Below are positions 8,796 through 13,725 of a DNA stretch of 13,725 nt, one piece after another (within the stretch, counting starts at the first letter, position 1; each line of letters starts with the position of its first letter). Origin of the DNA: Candidatus Altiarchaeota archaeon (lineage in GTDB: Archaea; Altiarchaeota; Altiarchaeia; IMC4; QMZM01); assembly GCA_038891095.1 (NCBI GenBank), contig JAWAEV010000014.1, positions 1-13,725 on the forward strand. The letters are read 5' to 3'. Under the pieces are notes generated by a model, which saw only the letters and a list, made by a program, of their open reading frames with translations, was not told where the DNA came from and searched no databases. The position numbers were made by a program, and so were the translations under genes.

Positions 8796-9764
8796 TTGAA
8801 AAAAAAGAGTAGTATACTTAAAATACTTCCTAGTTTAATTGTTAGCATATTTTTGTTATCTATCTTACTTTCACAAGTTGAATTTTCAGATATTGTCGAT
8901 ACATTAAAGAAAATACATTTTGGTTACTTACTGATAGCATTTATTCTTTATATAACCTTTAACTTCTTTCGTGCGGTAAGATTTCAATTACTTCTAAATA
9001 AAATTTCTTTTTTTGACATATTATTGATAAATTTTATGAATGTATTTCTTTTAAATATTCTACCATCACGCACAGGAGACCTTTTTTATATATATGCACT
9101 AAAAAAAAAGAAAATTTCTCTAAAGCTGAGTGCTATTACATTGTTTATAGCTAGAGTGTTGGATGCGATTTCAATAGCAATTTTATTTTTTATATCGTTG
9201 CTCCTAATTGGACCAATGCCTACTCTCATACTAAATACGTACTTAACTTTTATTTTAGTTTTATTAGTATTTTTATTTATCCCAACTATAATCTACTTTC
9301 TAATCAAAAGCCCTACAATTAATAAATTACTTAAGAATTTTTTCTGTTTAATAAACTTAGATAGAGTTAAATTTATAAAATTTACAACTTCTAAATTCCA
9401 GGAATTTTCTTCTATATTTAACGAAACTAAAATCAGAGAGAATTTTGTTGGATTGTTTATATACTCTTTATTAATATGGATTTCCAGTAATGTACTATCA
9501 TTTGTTTTAGTTCAAGCTATGAATGTTAATGCAGATATATTTATTGTTATTATCACATCCTCTCTCGTTGTTTTGTCATCACTCATACCCATTCAGGGTA
9601 TTGCAGGGTTTGGTATAATTGAGGGTACATGGGCAACTACTTTTATTCTATTCGGTATTCCAAAAGAATTAGCAATTAGTTCTGGCATTGCACTACATAT
9701 TATAATATTAGTTTTTTCTACGATTCTTGGTGTTACATCGTACATAATCTATAAAAACATATAA
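8796..9764 (+). CDS. lysylphosphatidylglycerol-synthase-TM / flippase-like membrane protein (UPF0104, AglD2-like)
   Basis: FRAVRFQLLL, NILPSRTGD, RVLD and IPIQGIAGFGIIEG. TTG start 1 nt after the upstream stop. Confidence 0.85.
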   Translation: MKKKSSILKILPSLIVSIFLLSILLSQVEFSDIVDTLKKIHFGYLLIAFILYITFNFFRAVRFQLLLNKISFFDILLINFMNVFLLNILPSRTGDLFYIYALKKKKISLKLSAITLFIARVLDAISIAILFFISLLLIGPMPTLILNTYLTFILVLLVFLFIPTIIYFLIKSPTINKLLKNFFCLINLDRVKFIKFTTSKFQEFSSIFNETKIRENFVGLFIYSLLIWISSNVLSFVLVQAMNVNADIFIVIITSSLVVLSSLIPIQGIAGFGIIEGTWATTFILFGIPKELAISSGIALHIIILVFSTILGVTSYIIYKNI

Positions 9765-9773
9765 ATTGATTTA

Positions 9774-10895
9774 TCAATGACTTTCTATAACTTTTTTGTA
9801 TATATGAAGATATTCTTTCGCTATTTTCTCCCAATTAAATTCATTTTCTACTCTCTTCCTTGCTTTTTTACCTAAACATTCTCTAAGATTCTCATTTTCT
9901 ATAACTTTAATTAGTCCCCTTCGTATATCTTCTGGATCTTTAGGATTTATGAGTATTGCTGTATCCCCAACAACTTCAGGACAACCACTTGCATTACTAG
10001 TTATTATCGCACAACCTGCAGACATAGCTTCGAGTAAAACTACACCGAAACTTTCATGAGATGAAGGAAAAACAAATATACTCGAATCTTCAAAGAATTT
10101 TATATATTCTTCTGAATTATTATCTAACCACCCCCTAAAAAATATATTTGCTTTGATTTCTCTTGCTTTTTTAATCAATTTCTCTTTGTATGGACCATCA
10201 CCTATAATGTTTATCTCATAATCCAAATTAAGATTTTTGATAGCTTCAAGAAAGTATTGAATGCCCTTTCTTTCCAATAGTCTACTTGAGAGGAGTATTT
10301 TCTTTTTTTTATTTTTTGGTTTAAATTTATAGTAGTCAAAACCATATGGAATGACTCTTATTTTTTTGTTTATGTTTATATTACTCAGAATTAGATATTT
10401 CAAACTATTTGATGGGGAAATTACATAGTCAGAGGCTTTAACTATTATTTTCCAAATAGGAAAAAGAAATTTATGTTGGAGAGAGAACCTATCTGGATTG
10501 TATCCTGGAACATCAGAACCATGGGATGTAATTATAAATGGTAGATTCGTAGTTTTTTTAAGGAAGTAAGACACTATGCCGGTGGGTAGTATAAAATGTG
10601 TATGGTTTATATCATATCTATTCTTTTTAGTTAGGTAAAGAGAATACCAAAATGTAGGAAGACAGTAAGTAAACATTTCATAGGTATTTGATAGTTCTTT
10701 TCTTCTTCGTATACAAGGAACACGATAAACTGTTAGATCCCCTATTCTTTCCTTTCTTTTGAGATTGTTATATCCAGATGTAATAATATCAACAGTATTT
10801 CCTAACTTTGTTAATTGTTCTGCTAAATTTCTAATAATTGGCGAAGCCCCACCACCAAGTGGAGGATATTCATAACTTAACATCAAAATTTTCAT
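9774..10895 (-). CDS. glycosyltransferase family 4 (GT-B)
   Basis: MKILMLSYEYPPLGGG, TSHGSD, RLLERKG and the EX7E motif ESFGVVLLEAM. Confidence 0.93.
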   Translation of the reverse strand: MKILMLSYEYPPLGGGASPIIRNLAEQLTKLGNTVDIITSGYNNLKRKERIGDLTVYRVPCIRRRKELSNTYEMFTYCLPTFWYSLYLTKKNRYDINHTHFILPTGIVSYFLKKTTNLPFIITSHGSDVPGYNPDRFSLQHKFLFPIWKIIVKASDYVISPSNSLKYLILSNININKKIRVIPYGFDYYKFKPKNKKKKILLSSRLLERKGIQYFLEAIKNLNLDYEINIIGDGPYKEKLIKKAREIKANIFFRGWLDNNSEEYIKFFEDSSIFVFPSSHESFGVVLLEAMSAGCAIITSNASGCPEVVGDTAILINPKDPEDIRRGLIKVIENENLRECLGKKARKRVENEFNWEKIAKEYLHIYKKVIESH

Positions 10896-10922
10896 TGTTT
10901 TTTTATTCTATATAAGATTATT

Positions 10923-10949
10923 TAGCATGTTCTCAAACGTAAACTATAA
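10923..10949 (+). repeat. putative left terminal inverted repeat of the IS
   Basis: TAGCATGTTCTCAAACGTAAACTATAA; pairs with 12193-12217 allowing a 2-nt indel. Confidence 0.5.
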
Positions 10950-11065
10950 AGGTAGTAGTTAGCCTACTATGCTAATGACACAATATACCTTTATTAATAT
11001 AGTGATTGCAGTCTTAAAAGTTATTGGTAATCGAGGGATATAGATGGATACGATGAGTTTGGTTG

Positions 11066-12068
11066 ACTGAGTTCCGGGCGAGAGGTTATAAAAGAGTTAA
11101 GATACATACATTTCTTCAATGTGCATTGAGATTGGGATATGCTTCAGCAACACATGAACAAGGAAAATAAGTAGCTTGTACATTTACTGCTTTATAAGAA
11201 AAAATAGTAAAAAGTAAGGCTGAATCAGCACAGGAAAATAGCTTTCTCAGGAACATATAAGCAAGTTGATGGTATATATAATGCTGAACGCTCTCGACAA
11301 ACTTTCTGATTTAGATAGGTATTTCTATGATACCTCATTGGGAGCACACAACTAAGAAAAGTAAAACATATCAGCAGAAATCATAAGATTGTGATAACTA
11401 TAGATGTAACTCACGATGCATCCTATGGCAATGTAAATCGACATAGGCATATAGTTCATACCTCTATGTGTTGGCGATAGAGAGGTGCAGATACTAAAAA
11501 AGCTACTCACTAAAGCTAAGTTTAGTTCCAATTGATGTCGTTCTTTTAGATATAGTTTTAATTCTGCTGTTATCTGCCTGCTAAAAAGTTTCATTTGTGG
11601 TACATGTTCCCACGGAGAGAATATGGGCAAATACGAATAGCAAAAAAGTCTTTAAGTCAGTACCGCAGTAGACAGATATTGTGTTCGTCAAAGGTATTAA
11701 AGTCGAGAGTGATAAAAAACATATCGATGAGTCTCTGATACTAGCACTCACAGAGAGAAGCCAATTCACTCCATTCCTTTATACAAACATCGCTGGAGAT
11801 TATCGAAACCAAGTTTTGAGTAACTAATGACTTTTGGTATTAAAACTAAAACAAAGGACACAAACAGAGAATCTTCCTTGCTTTATTCACTTCTTTTGAT
11901 AACTCTATAAGTAGTTTCGATTTATTGCGAATATATGGTACATTCTATGAGTTTATTACACCCCATAAAGTGCATTTGTTGCTCTCACAAGAGCTGAAAG
12001 AAAAACAACGAGTTATTAGAGAGCTGATAAAACAAGTATACTTCAGTAGATATTCCTTTAAAAGGTAG
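11066..12068 (+). pseudogene. ISH3-like DDE transposase pseudogene (limits approximate)
   Basis: Collinear motifs across frames: KIVITIDVTHDASYG (11385-11429, D 11403); FIPLCVGDREVQILKKLLTKAK (11455-11520); VPIDVVLLD (11525-11551) + FNSAVI (from 11557), like LLDRGF; LYKHRW (11779-11796) + IETKF*V (11802-11822), like YxxRWxIE; GIKTKTKD then RIFLALF. About 9 frameshifts and several stops. Confidence 0.8.
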
Positions 12069-12192
12069 ATATCTTTTAGCTTGATGTTTGGAGTTATTAA
12101 TATTATTTCAATCGTTTTCCCACATTTTTAGAAAAAACGCAGTTCGATAAGTAATTCAGTTTATAGGCACGATTTGTTTATTTGCTTATAAG

Positions 12193-12217
12193 TTATACAG
12201 AACGTTCGAGAATACTA
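12193..12217 (-). repeat. putative right terminal inverted repeat of the IS, overlapping the GT2 3' end
   Basis: Minus strand reads TAGTATTCTCGAACGTTCTGTATAA. Confidence 0.5.
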
Positions 12218-13137
12218 TCGATATCATATGTGGGTTTCCCTTTATTGTAATAAATTCTAATCATAATATCAGCAAGCAAACCAAATATTATAAACTGGGC
12301 GCCTAGTATTATTAACAAAATAGAAAGAAGCAGTAAAGGTCTATTGCTTAAACTCTGATTGTAAAAAATTTTCATTAATGTTAAATAAACCCCAATTAAA
12401 AAACCAAAAAAACTTAAAACTATACCTAAACTCCCAAATAAATGTATTGGTCTTGTTGAATACTTACGCCAAAAAACAACAACAAGTAAGTCAAGAAAGC
12501 CTTTCATAATTCGCCATAAACCATACTTTGTCTTTCCGAATTTCCTTTCATGATGCTCTACTTGAACTTCAGAAACTTTAAAGCCTCTCCATGCAACAAT
12601 TGCAGGAATGAAGCGATGCATTTCGCCATAAAGCTCAATTCCTTTTAATGCTTCTTTCCTATAAGCTTTTAATGTACAACCGAAATCATGTATTTCCAAG
12701 GAAGTTAATTTTCTTGCTAAAAAATTTGAAATTTTTGATGGAATTTTCTTTTTTAGCCAAGGATCTTTTCTGTTTTTTCTCCACCCAGAGACAACATCAT
12801 AGCCTTCATCAAGTTTGCTCAATAACCTTGGGATATCATTTGGGTCATTTTGCAAGTCAGAATCCATCGTAACTATTACTTTACCTTTAGAATTTTCAAA
12901 ACCTGCAGAAATCGCAGCAGTTTGACCAAAATTTTTCCTAAATTTTATAACTCTTACTGTTTTATCTTTTTCATGAAGCTCCTTGAGAATTTCAAAACTT
13001 CTATCAGTTGAGCCATCATCAATAAAAATAATTTCATAACTTTTCTTTAAATTTTCAAGAACTGTCTTTAGTTTAGAATATAAAACTTGCAAATTTTCCT
13101 CTTCATTGTAAGTAGGTATCACAACTGAGAGATCCAT
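12193..13137 (-). CDS. glycosyltransferase family 2, polyprenyl-phosphate sugar transferase (DPM1/ArnC/GtrB-like)
   Basis: VVIPTYNEEENL, IDDGSTD, NFGQTAA, DXD motif MDSDLQNDP, GEMHRFIP and two C-terminal TM helices. Confidence 0.93.
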   Translation of the reverse strand: MDLSVVIPTYNEEENLQVLYSKLKTVLENLKKSYEIIFIDDGSTDRSFEILKELHEKDKTVRVIKFRKNFGQTAAISAGFENSKGKVIVTMDSDLQNDPNDIPRLLSKLDEGYDVVSGWRKNRKDPWLKKKIPSKISNFLARKLTSLEIHDFGCTLKAYRKEALKGIELYGEMHRFIPAIVAWRGFKVSEVQVEHHERKFGKTKYGLWRIMKGFLDLLVVVFWRKYSTRPIHLFGSLGIVLSFFGFLIGVYLTLMKIFYNQSLSNRPLLLLSILLIILGAQFIIFGLLADIMIRIYYNKGKPTYDIDSILERSV

Positions 13138-13160
13138 ACTTAATTTAGTTAGACTTTAGA

Positions 13161-13170
13161 TTTTTAAAAT
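13161..13170 (-). promoter_or_regulatory. candidate TATA box for a leaderless GT2 transcript
   Basis: Minus strand ATTTTAAAAA lies 24-33 nt upstream of ATG 13137. Confidence 0.3.
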
Positions 13171-13209
13171 AAAAGTAGAGACTATATTACATTGATTTAA
13201 CATAGCACT

Positions 13210-13725
13210 CTATTTACATTCTCCCTTATCACAAACACCTACAGAACCACTGGGAGCAATGCATCTTTTTCCATTATCCTCCGGATTAAAACAACATCTA
13301 TAATTACACCATTCTTTTTCTGTTTTACAGTCACAAGAAACATACCCTTTTGGACACATCTTCAGGCATACATCAGGATCTCCAGGAGAACCATACATAG
13401 TTACAGTGATATGCACATCAACTAAACTGATTGAGTTGAGAGCATCTGTAACTTTTAATGTGACTGTGTGTTTTCCAGGCGATAGTTTATCAGTAGTGAA
13501 ACTATCGCTATCACTTAAGATATTATCCAAGTTAGAAGACCATTCATACTTATATGGTTGTTTGCCTCCGTACACCTTGCTCTTAAACAATATCACTTCT
13601 CTTTCTTGGAATAATGAACCTTCCTTCGGAGAGGTTATGCTAGCTGTTAAATCTACTTTCTCTTTACATTCTCCCTTATCACAAACACCTACAGAACCAC
13701 TGGGAGCAATGCATCTTTTTCCATT
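13210..13725 (-). CDS. 3' end of a large extracellular protein: PKD/Ig-like domain plus 10-Cys module, repeated (5' part outside window)
   Basis: Frame is open from the window edge (172 codons incl. stop), so the GTG at 13596 is not the real start. PKD-like ASITSP..GG..PYKYEWSS..LSPGKHTVTLKVTD. NGKRCIAPSGSVGVCDKGECK occurs twice. Confidence 0.85.
   Translation of the reverse strand, partial: NGKRCIAPSGSVGVCDKGECKEKVDLTASITSPKEGSLFQEREVILFKSKVYGGKQPYKYEWSSNLDNILSDSDSFTTDKLSPGKHTVTLKVTDALNSISLVDVHITVTMYGSPGDPDVCLKMCPKGYVSCDCKTEKEWCNYRCCFNPEDNGKRCIAPSGSVGVCDKGECK
13213..13725. repeat. intragenic direct repeat, 450-bp offset
   Basis: 13213-13275 is identical to 13663-13725 (63 bp; second copy cut by the window edge). 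Confidence 0.95.

Larger units (their letters stand above)
10923..12217 (+). mobile_element. decayed ISH3-like (IS4 superfamily) insertion sequence, about 1.3 kb
   Basis: Contains a transposase relic and is bounded by an imperfect inverted repeat: 10930-10949 vs reverse complement of 12193-12212 match 15/20, with outer ends TAGCA / TAGTA. No target-site duplication is recognisable, so the ends are tentative. Confidence 0.7.

Noticed and set aside
11352-11769. Minus-strand ORFs 11352-11630 and 11581-11769
   Set aside because: Antisense to the transposase relic, with no family features.
10896-12192. CRISPR or TIGR-like array, RNA gene, or stop-codon-recoded gene in the gap
   Set aside because: No periodic repeat found by eye. 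TAA, TAG and TGA all interrupt the frames, and the motifs need frameshifts rather than read-through. The transposase relic explains the region.
12648-12872. 74-aa + strand ORF
   Set aside because: Antisense shadow inside GT2.
13213-13725. DGR template/variable repeat pair
   Set aside because: Copies are identical with no adenine-specific mismatches, both are in frame in one ORF, and no reverse transcriptase is present in the window.

Overview
AT-rich, gene-dense archaeal DNA (eS8, uL16/L10e, EF-1beta, ATP-dependent ligase, Dph2-like); a DPANN/Altiarchaeota-like origin is my inference only. The left part is mostly housekeeping: an N-terminal-only Dph2, an MFS transporter, SDR-type L-threonine dehydrogenase, DNA ligase, a CxxC lipoprotein, rps8e, a nitroreductase, rpl10e and ef1b. 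The right part is a surface-glycosylation cluster (GT-C/ArnT-like, flippase-like membrane protein, GT4, ArnC/GtrB-like GT2) plus the 3' end of a PKD + Cys-rich repeat protein. Manual translation explains the two stretches the ORF track leaves unexplained. (i) 10923-12217 is a heavily decayed ISH3-like (IS4 superfamily) insertion sequence. Its DDE motifs are scattered over three frames, and its putative right inverted repeat supplies the last 7 codons and the stop of the GT2 gene. (ii) 2641-2981 is a frameshifted, internally deleted bPH_2-type PH-domain membrane protein gene. I found no convincing novel multi-gene system, CRISPR array, DGR or RNA gene. All family calls come from motif recognition, not database searches.
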